Notes: generated by a model from the sequence alone, not told the origin. 64,000 nt of DNA from Candidatus Tayloriibacteriota bacterium (GCA_903857825.1 CAIOGI010000009.1:7203-71202); one strand, 5' to 3'. Shown: positions 37,981 through 47,318, counted from the stretch's first letter. Made by a program: numbers and translations.

Positions 37981-39440
37981 ATAAGTCCGATTACTTCTGG
38001 ATTCTGCATTCCCTGCTGCACCAAGCCGAGAATAAGATACACGAGCGCATCGACGAGGTCGTCGTGTTCTTCGATTCCGAATCCGAGAAGCTGGATAATG
38101 AGATCTTCACAACCTGTGTGTGGAAAGACTACTGTCCCGTTTTGAATGTAGACGGCAACTGCTCGAAGCCTAGCCCTCTTGTCGCCCCCTGCCGTCATCG
38201 CAATTACTGGTAGGAGTGCACGCTCCATTTCTTCTATGGCCGCTTTCTGATATGCCACATTTTCCACAAAGAAAAGTGAGAAAGGATTCGCTGTAGACAT
38301 CGCTTTAGTTGTTTCTATCGTTTCATGGAATGAGAGACGTGCATTGAGCGGATTCGGCCTAATATATATTTTTGGTATACCGTCTTTTACGAATGAAGTG
38401 CCCGATACCATCGCAGTACAATCCGCGGTTTCTTTCTTGCTGATTGCCAAGTCGACTCCTGTCCCAGAGAGTCCAGTTTGCAGTTCCGGAGGCTCAATAT
38501 CATAATACTGAATCCATTCCTCTTTAATATCTGAACCTTCTTCAGGAACAATCTTGAGAAGATACTCCCTTTGCCATGCGGTTGCTCCCACCTTATCGCG
38601 CTGATCATCGAGTGCTTGCTTGGTAGGATATTTTGCTGACCATCTCGTTTTTTCATTCTTAATAAGTGCATACTCAAGATGTTTGAATGATTTGTATCTA
38701 TTCAGCCGTGCCATGAGTGCATCAGTATGGAGTTGGTTTCCGATAACGATAAGCCTTCCCTGTGCTTCGTCTATTGCAGGGATAATTTCCCCTCTCAGCC
38801 ATCTTTCCGTTTTATCTCTATTTTCTTTTGTACGAACCCATTCCAAATCTTCAGGGTCATCAATGATCACAAGACTCGGTCTGTTTTGTCTGTGACGAAG
38901 ACCTCTGACTTTCTGTCCTCTCGATCGGGCTAGAATGCGGACACCATTGGAGAGCAGCATGTTTTTTGCCTGCCATTCTTCTTCGCTTTCAAGAGTGAAG
39001 TCCTCACCGAACTTTCCCTTGATCTCTCCGTAGTCCTGCATAATGAGTGTATTATTTTCAAGCTCCTCCTTGATGTTTGCAATATTGATAGCCGACTGAA
39101 GTCCCGTATCAGCAATAGGTAGGATGAACGGATACAGGTCAGGATGTTCAAGAGCCGCCCACAACGGCAGAGCCAGGGACCCGAACGTTGATTTTGCACT
39201 TCCACGAAATCCCAAGACCTCGATCATTTTTTCTCTATGATCTCCTAGTGCTGTTAGAAGCTCATCATGGAAATCGGCGGGGGCTATGGTTAAATAATGC
39301 GGAAGATAAATTAAACAAAAGCCTTTGAGCGTACGCGCCATCTTACGGCGCATCTCATGATCATCAAGAAAACTTTTATTTTGCCACCACGATTGCAGTG
39401 GTTGGATTGGATCCATTGTTAGTGTTTTTTGTTTCTGCAT
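37977..39440 (-). CDS. Terminase large subunit
   Basis: FRGSAKST Walker A, VIIDDPE Walker B, GVDLA and HDDLVDA nuclease motifs. Confidence 0.93.
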   Translation of the reverse strand: MQKQKTLTMDPIQPLQSWWQNKSFLDDHEMRRKMARTLKGFCLIYLPHYLTIAPADFHDELLTALGDHREKMIEVLGFRGSAKSTFGSLALPLWAALEHPDLYPFILPIADTGLQSAINIANIKEELENNTLIMQDYGEIKGKFGEDFTLESEEEWQAKNMLLSNGVRILARSRGQKVRGLRHRQNRPSLVIIDDPEDLEWVRTKENRDKTERWLRGEIIPAIDEAQGRLIVIGNQLHTDALMARLNRYKSFKHLEYALIKNEKTRWSAKYPTKQALDDQRDKVGATAWQREYLLKIVPEEGSDIKEEWIQYYDIEPPELQTGLSGTGVDLAISKKETADCTAMVSGTSFVKDGIPKIYIRPNPLNARLSFHETIETTKAMSTANPFSLFFVENVAYQKAAIEEMERALLPVIAMTAGGDKRARLRAVAVYIQNGTVVFPHTGCEDLIIQLLGFGIEEHDDLVDALVYLILGLVQQGMQNPEVIGLI

Positions 39441-39951
39441 CTTCTTTTGAAATAATTCCCCAATTTACAAGGGCATCAAACATTCTCTGTTTTTGTTCAG
39501 GTTCGAGAGGTCTTGAGCGAGCCTCAAGTGCTATCTTTCCTATGTGTCGCTCGAAGATTCCCGCATCCATTTCCGCTCCAAGTATCGCAAGATCGAGTTT
39601 GATGATTGAATTGAGTGCTGCGATCTGGTCCTTGTAGCTTGGTGGAGGCATCCCTTCCTTTTTCAAATCGTCGGTATAGAAAGCGATGCGGACCAACCTA
39701 TCAACAACAATCCTTTGTCGCTCTTTGAGCTGTGCTATGCGACCCGACATTTGTTGCCTATCTACCTGTCGCGCCAAGTCTCCATTAATCTTCCAAATTA
39801 TTCTTGAAAGGTAGTGGAGATTGGCGATTCGTATGCCTTTTTTCTCAAGCGCATCTTGAAGCGAACGCAGGGAAATAAGAGGGTCGATGACGATAGCGTC
39901 TCGCACCGCCCGCATTATTTTTTCTTCTGCCGGTTTGAGAATCTTTGGCAT
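39376..39951 (-). CDS. Putative terminase small subunit
   Basis: Helical protein directly upstream of the large subunit. Confidence 0.65.
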   Translation of the reverse strand: MPKILKPAEEKIMRAVRDAIVIDPLISLRSLQDALEKKGIRIANLHYLSRIIWKINGDLARQVDRQQMSGRIAQLKERQRIVVDRLVRIAFYTDDLKKEGMPPPSYKDQIAALNSIIKLDLAILGAEMDAGIFERHIGKIALEARSRPLEPEQKQRMFDALVNWGIISKEDAETKNTNNGSNPTTAIVVAK

Positions 39952-39967
39952 GTGTATCTTTGTGTAT

Positions 39968-41095
39968 CTATTTTCGTTTGACCCTTGTAAATACTAGCTT
40001 TTCCACGATCGCCTGAACGACGTTTACCGTTACCGCATTACCCAAGCACTTGTACCTTTGAGTGTCGCTTGCACCGAGAGTCCACTCGTCAGGAAAGCCT
40101 TGTAACCGTTCACACTCCATAGGCGTAAGGCGACGAATTTTCTGTAGCCCTTTGACGGCATACAGTCCCGTCTTCGCCCCAAGGCCTCCTGCTTGGCTTG
40201 CAAGAGTCGTGGCTATACCTCTTGCATCATATATTCGACTTCCTTGTGGAAAGTTACGACTAAGTTGTTTCCCATCATCAAGCCATTTCTTATTCTTCTC
40301 GCTCATGACAGCTCCGATATATTTCAAATCTTTATGTGCCGGTCTTTTACCAACATAAGTTCCGTTCGAGTCTGCGGTAACACGTGTCGTGATGGTTGGT
40401 AGGATAATATCCTCGCTTGCGTTTTGGGAGAGAGGAAATACTTCCGGTCTGGGCGTGCCTCTAAGATGTCCGACAATGAAGACTCGCTCTCTGTTCTGGG
40501 GTACTCCGAAATTCTTGCTGTTAAGCACCTGCCATTGGAGGTCATACCCAAGACCATCCAGTGTGCGGAGGATAATGCCGAAGGTACGCCCTTTCTCGTG
40601 AGAGAGAAGCCCTTTAACATTCTCAAGGAGTAGAAGCCGTGGTCTTTTGGTAGCGATAATGCGAGCAATCTCAAAGAACAATGTCCCTCGAGTGTCTTCA
40701 AAGCCCTTTCTCTTGCCGGCAATAGAGAAAGATTGGCAAGGAAAACCTCCAATGAGTAGGTCGAAATCGGGTAGATCTCTTGATTTGATTTTTCTGATGT
40801 CTCCATAATTTGTGTGCTTGAAATATTTTTCATAAATTTTGATTGCGTGTTTGTCGATCTCGGAGTAACCCACGCAAGTAAGCGATTCTTGTCGTAAGCC
40901 GTCGCAGTGATGGTGTTTGCAAGATAGTCCTCCCTCGGTACCAACTTCTTTAGACTTCTTGTATCCTTTACCACCCCGAGCCTTCGAAGTCGCTTTGCCT
41001 CCTCTGTCCTTCTTTCTGTTAACTGTTTCCACATATGCGTTGTGTATGCCGAGTTCGAAGCCTCCAATTCCCGAAAAGAGACTGAAGTACCTCAT
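39968..41095 (-). CDS. DNA cytosine-5 methyltransferase
   Basis: LFSGIGG, GFPCQ, ENV, QNRER and GNAV motifs. Confidence 0.95.
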   Translation of the reverse strand: MRYFSLFSGIGGFELGIHNAYVETVNRKKDRGGKATSKARGGKGYKKSKEVGTEGGLSCKHHHCDGLRQESLTCVGYSEIDKHAIKIYEKYFKHTNYGDIRKIKSRDLPDFDLLIGGFPCQSFSIAGKRKGFEDTRGTLFFEIARIIATKRPRLLLLENVKGLLSHEKGRTFGIILRTLDGLGYDLQWQVLNSKNFGVPQNRERVFIVGHLRGTPRPEVFPLSQNASEDIILPTITTRVTADSNGTYVGKRPAHKDLKYIGAVMSEKNKKWLDDGKQLSRNFPQGSRIYDARGIATTLASQAGGLGAKTGLYAVKGLQKIRRLTPMECERLQGFPDEWTLGASDTQRYKCLGNAVTVNVVQAIVEKLVFTRVKRK

Positions 41096-42375
41096 TGCTT
41101 TATTTTATTAATTCTCTCCCATCTATTGCGTATAACATCGCAGAACTTAGGATCAAGCTCGATCATGTATGCCCGTCGGCCGACCTTTTCCGCTGCAGCC
41201 ATTGTGCTGCCGGACCCTCCGAATGGATCGAGAACGATGTCATTTCTTTTTGTGGAATTGCGAAGCGCTCTCATTGCAAGCCAGTCTGGTTTCTCTGTCG
41301 GATGGAGATAATGAGCTACTGCCTTTCTTGGCATTTCCCAGACGTCGTATTCATTGTCGCCGTAAAATTTATGAGTGCCTTCTTTCCAGCCGTAAATGAT
41401 GCTTTGTGCCGTTTTTGGATCAGGCTTTTTTGCACGAGCTATCCATTCATGCTTGTAGCGATAATCATTCCATCCCATACTCGGCACGTTCTTCACCCAG
41501 ATGATCACTCCGGAATGCTGGAAACCATTTTGAAACATGCTTTGGAGAAATTGTGGATACGAGCTCCAACCTGAGCAGATGTAGAAGGAAGATCCCTCTT
41601 TAGTGTTGAAGAACATCTCATGGAAGGCTCCGTCTATAAATGTCTTGAAATCGGCGTCGTTCATATTGTCGTTTTTGATTGATTCATTGCCTTCGTCTTT
41701 TAATTTCTCGCCACGACTTTTATAGTTGACGTTGTACGGTGGATCAGTGAAGACCATATCAGCTTTTTCCTTTCCGAGAAGTTTTCTATACGTCTCTGGG
41801 TCGGTCGAATCTCCGCAAATCAACCTATGTGACCCGAGCTCATAAATTTCGCCAAGCTTTGAGCGTGGTTCCTTTTCAGATTCATCGCCTTCACCCTCAT
41901 CTTCCTCCTCGTCCTCAAGAGTCTGATCGAGTATCCGACTAATCTCGTCGTCTCGAAATCCTGAGGCGGGAATTGATGGAGATTCTTTGAGATCAACAAT
42001 TATTTCAAAGAGCTTTTTTTCATCCCACTTTCCCTTTATTTTATTTAGTGCAAGATTGAGGAGCTTTTCTTCTGCAAGGTGCAAATCCACGAGATTTGCG
42101 GGAATATAGGCCACTCCATCCTTGGTTTCTATGCCCTTTATAGCCTCACTTTGGGCCACAAGCCCCTCTACGGCGGTAGTTCTTTGGTGACCTCCTACCA
42201 GGACCCATTTTCGGTCGCCACATTCGTCACAGGTGTGAGTGTTTACCACAACAGACTCCACAAAGCCGAAGGTCTTGATACTTGTCTTCAAGGCCGCCAT
42301 TTCGATCTCTGGCATGATGCGGGGATTGTATTCAGCGCGCCTCAGGTCGGTTATTTTAATTTTGGTCGCTTCCAT
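41092..42375 (-). CDS. ParB-like domain fused to an N6/N4 DNA methyltransferase
   Basis: YNPR, GGHQR, TDPPY, HPTEKP and DPFGGSG motifs. Confidence 0.92.
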   Translation of the reverse strand: MEATKIKITDLRRAEYNPRIMPEIEMAALKTSIKTFGFVESVVVNTHTCDECGDRKWVLVGGHQRTTAVEGLVAQSEAIKGIETKDGVAYIPANLVDLHLAEEKLLNLALNKIKGKWDEKKLFEIIVDLKESPSIPASGFRDDEISRILDQTLEDEEEDEGEGDESEKEPRSKLGEIYELGSHRLICGDSTDPETYRKLLGKEKADMVFTDPPYNVNYKSRGEKLKDEGNESIKNDNMNDADFKTFIDGAFHEMFFNTKEGSSFYICSGWSSYPQFLQSMFQNGFQHSGVIIWVKNVPSMGWNDYRYKHEWIARAKKPDPKTAQSIIYGWKEGTHKFYGDNEYDVWEMPRKAVAHYLHPTEKPDWLAMRALRNSTKRNDIVLDPFGGSGSTMAAAEKVGRRAYMIELDPKFCDVIRNRWERINKIKQ

Positions 42376-42733
42376 AGGTTTCTGCGAATTTGATTCGCGC
42401 ATTGATCTGGTCGACCTTTTCTTTTTCCTTACTTGTATTCACCTTGATTGCAGTAATTGTCTCATCACACGAAAGCGTAAATTCTTCGGCAGCCGCAATC
42501 TTTTTCTCGAGGTCTTTTCTTTTGACCCGAGTGACCTTCGTGGTATCGGCAAGATCGATCTTTTTGAATTCTCCATTGAGCTCATCGAGTTGCTGGAACC
42601 TGTCATCTCGGAGCTTTTCAATATCAGGAATCTTGGAGAGATCAAAGGCGATATTCATCTCCTTGCGCCAGACTTGTTCTTCAAGTTCTGCTAGGAATTC
42701 TTTTTTGTAAACTTTTATATTTTCTTTTGTCAT
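42356..42733 (-). CDS. Coiled-coil phage protein
   Basis: ORF within the operon. Confidence 0.6.
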   Translation of the reverse strand: MTKENIKVYKKEFLAELEEQVWRKEMNIAFDLSKIPDIEKLRDDRFQQLDELNGEFKKIDLADTTKVTRVKRKDLEKKIAAAEEFTLSCDETITAIKVNTSKEKEKVDQINARIKFAETYGSDQN

Positions 42734-42738
42734 ATTTT

Positions 42739-43152
42739 TTAATTAATTGTGATAATTATTTCGACCCGACCTTTCCCATCCTTGGCGATTTCGCTTTTGA
42801 ATGAGCCGTCGAGATTCTTGTCGTTGTAAAAGAGAGCGTCAGCGATTGAGCCAAAGATATTCTCGGGATCGCCATGAGTGTTGTCTTTCCAGAAAATACG
42901 GATATCCATGACTGCTTTCTGACCCTCATCGAGCTTGATTGGTTTTTTGGCGACCCGCAGGGACCGCACGTAGACTTTGAAATCGATGCTTACGAGGGAT
43001 CGGAGGAATTCATCTTGGACATATACTTTCCATGCAGTGTATCTCTGAGCTTCTGGCGTCCACTGCTGCCGATATGTTTTTCTGATCTTCGGTATGGCAT
43101 TTCCCAGCCTGTCTTCCTGATTGCCGTTTAGTGTAAATGAGAATTGCTTCAT
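42739..43152 (-). CDS. RusA-like Holliday junction resolvase
   Basis: GDPENIFGSIADAL..NDK...GRVEIII resembles the RusA core. Confidence 0.7.
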   Translation of the reverse strand: MKQFSFTLNGNQEDRLGNAIPKIRKTYRQQWTPEAQRYTAWKVYVQDEFLRSLVSIDFKVYVRSLRVAKKPIKLDEGQKAVMDIRIFWKDNTHGDPENIFGSIADALFYNDKNLDGSFKSEIAKDGKGRVEIIITIN

Positions 43153-43715
43153 GGTTTTTGATTAGTGGTTTTTAAAGAGAACCGATCCGTGAGATCCGCC
43201 CTGAGCCTTAAAAACTCAGGGCGGTTATCCACAGGTGGATCGGTCGAACCCCTAATACTAGGTTTCTCTTTGTTTCCTTGGTTTTGTGTGTCTACTAGGT
43301 AGACCGATTTTGGTCTATTCTTTAGACCACTTTTGGTCAATTTTCTAGACTGGTCTACTAGATTGACTACTTTATCCACAGCCATTTCGAGATTAATTTT
43401 ATAGAAATTCCCTTTGCTGTTTTTGATCGAAATGACTACCCCTGCACGGACCAGATTTTTGAGCCCTTGTGAGACTGACTGGCGGGACAATCCAGTGCCA
43501 TAATCAAGAACCACACCTCTCCGGTCCTTGATCCCTTCCATAAATTGCGAAAAACTAATGCGATCCGATTCCTTTTGAAAACCAAAGGTGCGACGGCATA
43601 TGTAAATTAAGCATCGTGCTTCAGCTTCAGGAATAAGAGGAATAATTTTGTCGAGAAGAATATTTGGTAACTGAGTGCTATTCGGTATTAAATTGTATTT
43701 TTTGTGTTCTTCCAT
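43149..43715 (-). CDS. Phage replication initiator (lambda O-like wHTH)
   Basis: TQLPNILLD, ICRRTFGF.K..DRIS.SQF and TGLSRQSV motifs; internal iterons. Confidence 0.82.
   Translation of the reverse strand: MEEHKKYNLIPNSTQLPNILLDKIIPLIPEAEARCLIYICRRTFGFQKESDRISFSQFMEGIKDRRGVVLDYGTGLSRQSVSQGLKNLVRAGVVISIKNSKGNFYKINLEMAVDKVVNLVDQSRKLTKSGLKNRPKSVYLVDTQNQGNKEKPSIRGSTDPPVDNRPEFLRLRADLTDRFSLKTTNQKP
43225..43380. repeat. Putative phage origin: TAGAC/GTCTA inverted boxes between two TTATCCACA DnaA boxes
   Basis: TAGACC-N6-GGTCTA at 43300, TAGACC-N6-GGTCAA at 43323, TAGAC-TG-GTCTA at 43346; DnaA boxes at 43225 and 43372. Confidence 0.6.
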
Positions 43716-43828
43716 TTTGATGAAGAAAGAAAGCGCCGGTAGGCGTTATCTTCCCTTGGCCTTCTGATCTCAATCCTCGTGCCGCTGCGGCGAGGACTGA
43801 GTCAGCGGCCAAAGTCAGCGCTTTCTCT

Positions 43829-44974
43829 CTATTTTGTTTTTGCCTTGGCCTCTGTTTTCTTGGCTGGCTTTTCGACCTTTGGTTCCGCTTGTTTCACCTC
43901 CGCAGCTTGTATCTGAATATGCTTCTGCACGAAGTCCTGGACTCTCTTGAATCCAGCTTCCAATGCTTCAGGTCGCAATGATTCGACTACCGTCCAGCTC
44001 ATGGTATCGAATGCGTATTTGATAGCGTCGATTTTGAGCTTCTTCTGGTCAGCAGATTGTCCTGGCCAAACAGAGACAAGATAGTTCTCGATCTCCTCAA
44101 GCCAACGCTTTTTCATCTGCTTCCACTCGTACTTCTCTTCCTCTGTTCGGAAGAGCGTTCCTGCATCACGTTCAGCGGTAGTCTCAAGTTTTTCGGGAGC
44201 TTCGAGCATCACATCGATCGCTGGTGCAAAGTCTTTGAAGTCAGGATTTTCGAATACCTTGCCATCGATTACTGTTGAACGGTCTTTGATGACAATGCCC
44301 TGTCTTGTTACCTTTTTAATCGAACCTCCTTCCATCTCCTGCATGCGTTCCATGAGGACAAGGAGATCTGGCTCGTAGGCTGTCTCTCCCTCGACCTTCA
44401 TCTTTATTCCCGACTTATAAATTTCTCTTTTTCCAGTTTCCTTATTGATCTCATTCTCATATTCATATCCGGCACGTCCGGTCATGATGATGTGATAAGG
44501 ATCGCGAACGAAGACATCGGAGAACTCTGTTTTCCATGTGGGTTTAATCACACCCCAGTCTTGGAATTCCAATCTGGTGCGTCGGACTTTCTCTGCGTAT
44601 GATTTGAGGAAGTCCTCCCAGACATGACTGATAGAGTCGATGATGAGAACATCGCTTGCGCCTTCTCTCATGCGGGTCATCGTTTCTTTGAGGTCGGCGA
44701 GGGATTTTGATTCGCGGACCATTACCTCGATTCCTTCCGCTGCAAACATGGATTTGAGGAACTTAGCCGCTTTCTCGGTGTCAAAGATAATGACTGGTTT
44801 CTTTGATCCGACTCTCTTATGTAGACCTATGGCAACTTTCGCTGCCGTGTAGGTTTTCCCCGTTCCGGCGAAGCCTTCGAAGGCTGCCTTGAAGTAGGGC
44901 TTGGTGTTGCCAATCAATGCGAAGAAGTTATCTTGCACTCTTGGCTTACCTGTTGTTAAATTTTGTGTGTTCAT
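43829..44974 (-). CDS. AAA/Sak4-like ATPase (phage recombination)
   Basis: GFAGTGKT, IFDTE, IIDSISHVW and YEPD motifs. Confidence 0.82.
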   Translation of the reverse strand: MNTQNLTTGKPRVQDNFFALIGNTKPYFKAAFEGFAGTGKTYTAAKVAIGLHKRVGSKKPVIIFDTEKAAKFLKSMFAAEGIEVMVRESKSLADLKETMTRMREGASDVLIIDSISHVWEDFLKSYAEKVRRTRLEFQDWGVIKPTWKTEFSDVFVRDPYHIIMTGRAGYEYENEINKETGKREIYKSGIKMKVEGETAYEPDLLVLMERMQEMEGGSIKKVTRQGIVIKDRSTVIDGKVFENPDFKDFAPAIDVMLEAPEKLETTAERDAGTLFRTEEEKYEWKQMKKRWLEEIENYLVSVWPGQSADQKKLKIDAIKYAFDTMSWTVVESLRPEALEAGFKRVQDFVQKHIQIQAAEVKQAEPKVEKPAKKTEAKAKTK

Positions 44975-45052
44975 TTTGGTTATTGACTTCCCGAGAGGTA
45001 TTTGAGAGAATGGATTTATCTTACGAATCCTATCTCTCCTCGCGGGGAGATT

Positions 45053-45346
45053 TTATTTTTTGAATAATTTAGTAATTCTTTTGTCTGCTGCGGTAAGCTG
45101 AACTTTTGTGGTCTGACCGATGATCTCACTTAACAATCCGTCATAGATGATTCCATGAGCCATAGTTATAGCTTTGTCATCTTCAGCATCGAGGTTAGTT
45201 AGCTTACCCATAAGTTCGCCCGTGTAATGGGCTACCTCGTCTAGTGCTTCAGGAAGGATCCGCTCATCAACTATCGACGGCGCTCTATCCTTCACTAGTT
45301 TCAATGCTTCTCTGGCCAATGCTTTCATTTGTGCTTGTGTTTTCAT
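45053..45346 (-). CDS. Hypothetical phage protein
   Basis: ORF within the early operon. Confidence 0.6.
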   Translation of the reverse strand: MKTQAQMKALAREALKLVKDRAPSIVDERILPEALDEVAHYTGELMGKLTNLDAEDDKAITMAHGIIYDGLLSEIIGQTTKVQLTAADKRITKLFKK

Positions 45347-45587
45347 GTGCGTATCCTATGATTCTCCGTCTGCGGATTTCTGCTTTCTCTCTGAGCATGG
45401 CTTGTCGCTCCTTACTGAGAGATGGGTTCTTCCGTAGTCGAATTTCTTTAGGTTGATAATCTATATCGATAACATCACCTATGTTCAATCGATATTTTCC
45501 TGTGAGCCATTTTCCTTCGAGGATGAGGGCGGGGATGCCATATCTTCTATAGGTAACTGCTCGAGTACTTTTATTTTTGTTTTTCAT
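45285..45587 (-). CDS. SymE/AbrB-fold-like protein
   Basis: IPALILEGKWL....L.IGDVIDI motif; probable start MKNKNK. Confidence 0.6.
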   Translation of the reverse strand: MKNKNKSTRAVTYRRYGIPALILEGKWLTGKYRLNIGDVIDIDYQPKEIRLRKNPSLSKERQAMLREKAEIRRRRIIGYAHENTSTNESIGQRSIETSEG

Positions 45588-45638
45588 TGGTAGCATCTGC
45601 CGTTGTACATCGGCTGATCCCGTTAGGGACAATGATGA

Positions 45639-45998
45639 TTAGATTCCCTTTCCCTCTACCGCTTCATTAGCAAAATGGTTTTTAAGGAACTGATCTACAA
45701 GTTCACGCTTTCCTTTGCTACCTATGTGCCAAGTTGTAATCTCACAAATTGGCTGATCACTTTTGTATTCGTAGATTGTGACAATGGTTGGTTTTTTCAC
45801 ACCTCCAGTTTTGAAAGCCCATTCAACACGAACTTTACCGTCACCAGATTTCCACTCACCTTCTTGCGTGCAGTCATGTGGCTCTCCAAACTTTTCGACA
45901 AGCTGTTCATATGTAGCTTTTATGTAGCAGTAGAAACCAGATCCCCATACTTCCTTAAATTTAGCTTTTGCGAATTTAGAGTTAATTTTCATAATCAT
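45639..45998 (-). CDS. Hypothetical phage protein
   Basis: TYEQLVEKFGEP...DGKVRVEW...TIYEYK...WHIG. Confidence 0.65.
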   Translation of the reverse strand: MIMKINSKFAKAKFKEVWGSGFYCYIKATYEQLVEKFGEPHDCTQEGEWKSGDGKVRVEWAFKTGGVKKPTIVTIYEYKSDQPICEITTWHIGSKGKRELVDQFLKNHFANEAVEGKGI

Positions 45999-46044
45999 TT
46001 ATTGGTTAATAATTTCGACCTTTGTAGACGATTCCCGGATATAG

Positions 46045-46070
46045 AAAAGACCCGGTGTTACCAGGTCTTT
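46045..46070 (-). terminator. Terminator downstream of gap-tail copy B
   Basis: AAAGACCTGGT-AAC-ACCGGGTCTTTT. Confidence 0.7.
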
Positions 46071-46102
46071 AAATCAAATTATTAAGTTGTGAATCTTTGT
46101 CG

Positions 46103-46174
46103 CTAGACTAATCTACCCGCAGCAATGACATGATTTACGAGGGTGTATGTGTACCCCATTTCATCAATATGCCA
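46103..46174 (-). repeat. Diverged copy B of the gap 3' end
   Basis: Translates WHIDEMGYTYTLVNHVIAAGRLV* vs GAPDH WYDNEMGYTNTLVRHVIEAGKLI*. Confidence 0.92.
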
Positions 46175-46176
46175 CG

Positions 46177-46515
46177 TCAATCTCCATCATATTTTTTATC
46201 GTACTTTCGCGAACCGAAGATCGTAATTAGAATTGGAATTAAAATTAATATCCACGTCCATGAGTCTATGGCTCTAATTGTAAGTTTTTCAACATTGCAA
46301 ACTACTCCACCATAATAACCACAAGGTGATCCTTTGATCATGAACAATATATTTGTGTGAAAGAAATTATCAGTAACATAGAAGATTCCCACCAAAACGA
46401 TTCCAACTGTCATAACAACTGATATGCAGTAAGTAATAAAACCAAGAAAGCTCAAAGAAAAAATCCACTTTATTAGCTTTTTTGTTGGATCACTATTATT
46501 TGTTTTCATATTCAT
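46177..46515 (-). CDS. Small membrane protein (cassette gene)
   Basis: 2-3 TM helices; starts 6 nt after the stop of gap-tail copy C. Confidence 0.7.
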   Translation of the reverse strand: MNMKTNNSDPTKKLIKWIFSLSFLGFITYCISVVMTVGIVLVGIFYVTDNFFHTNILFMIKGSPCGYYGGVVCNVEKLTIRAIDSWTWILILIPILITIFGSRKYDKKYDGD

Positions 46516-46521
46516 TGATTA

Positions 46522-46573
46522 TTAAACTACCCTCCCCGCCTTCACCACATGCTCCACCAACATATTCGTATAC
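46522..46573 (-). repeat. Diverged copy C of the gap 3' end
   Basis: Translates YTNMLVEHVVKAGRVV*; 38/40 nt identical to copy A. Confidence 0.92.
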
Positions 46574-46705
46574 TTTACATAATTATTATAACACTTAATT
46601 CTAATGTTTCTAATATCATCATGAAAATATATGCTTAATACATGTGGGAATTTATGATTATTTTGTTTCAAAGAATTAGCAAATTATATACAAACACTTT
46701 AAAAA

Positions 46706-47149
46706 CTATTTTAGACTAGTGGTTAAATAACACCTAAAAACATGTTGCTCAATAACACTAAGGTGAAGATAAATATTACCAACACCCCAAGATTGAGATT
46801 TTTCATTTAATTCATTCTCGGTTTCTATTTCCGAAGGTTTGCCAAAAATTTTAATGAGATGCTCTGACACTTTATCAAATCCAGACAATGAGAGCTTGTC
46901 CTCCCACAAACCCTCTGGGTTCAATCCAATGTACGCAGTGATTGATTTAAAAGATTCGTCCTTTGCTATTCCATTATCCGAATAAAGAGGATACTCCAAT
47001 CCCTGTAAGTAAGTTACAGAATTCCAGGAGTACCTGTCTCCAAACCAAATTCCACCAGTATCTTTCGCTAATTCATTTAATGGCTTCCCCCATTCTAAAA
47101 TAATATCGGGTTTTTCTAAAGGAAAACCTTTTAAAAAAGGATTATTCAT
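46706..47149 (-). CDS. Hypothetical protein (cassette gene)
   Basis: 147-aa ORF starting 5 nt after the stop of gap-tail copy D. Confidence 0.75.
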   Translation of the reverse strand: MNNPFLKGFPLEKPDIILEWGKPLNELAKDTGGIWFGDRYSWNSVTYLQGLEYPLYSDNGIAKDESFKSITAYIGLNPEGLWEDKLSLSGFDKVSEHLIKIFGKPSEIETENELNEKSQSWGVGNIYLHLSVIEQHVFRCYLTTSLK

Positions 47150-47154
47150 TGTAT

Positions 47155-47241
47155 TTATTTAACAAGTTCATTAGTTCCTATTACACACCTCACCAATGTA
47201 CGGGTGTACCCCATCTCATTGTCGTACCAAGCCAGCTTCAT
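47155..47241 (-). repeat. Diverged copy D of the gap 3' end, forming a 28-codon mini-ORF
   Basis: MKLAWYDNEMGYTRTLVRCVIGTNELVK*; TGATATAAT lies 6 nt upstream of the ATG. Confidence 0.93.
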
Positions 47242-47318
47242 GGACTTATTATATCACAATCTTAGAAAAAACATCCCGCGCTCACCTCTTCCAAACTCGA
47301 TAGTTCAAGTGCAAACCA

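Larger units (their letters stand above)
613..46174. mobile_element. Integrated prophage/island bounded by gap 3'-end copies (core phage genes 21129-45998)
   Basis: Integrase at one end, complete head-tail-lysis-terminase-replication modules, and gap-tail direct repeats at both ends; whether 2.3-21 kb is part of it is inferred. Confidence 0.62.
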
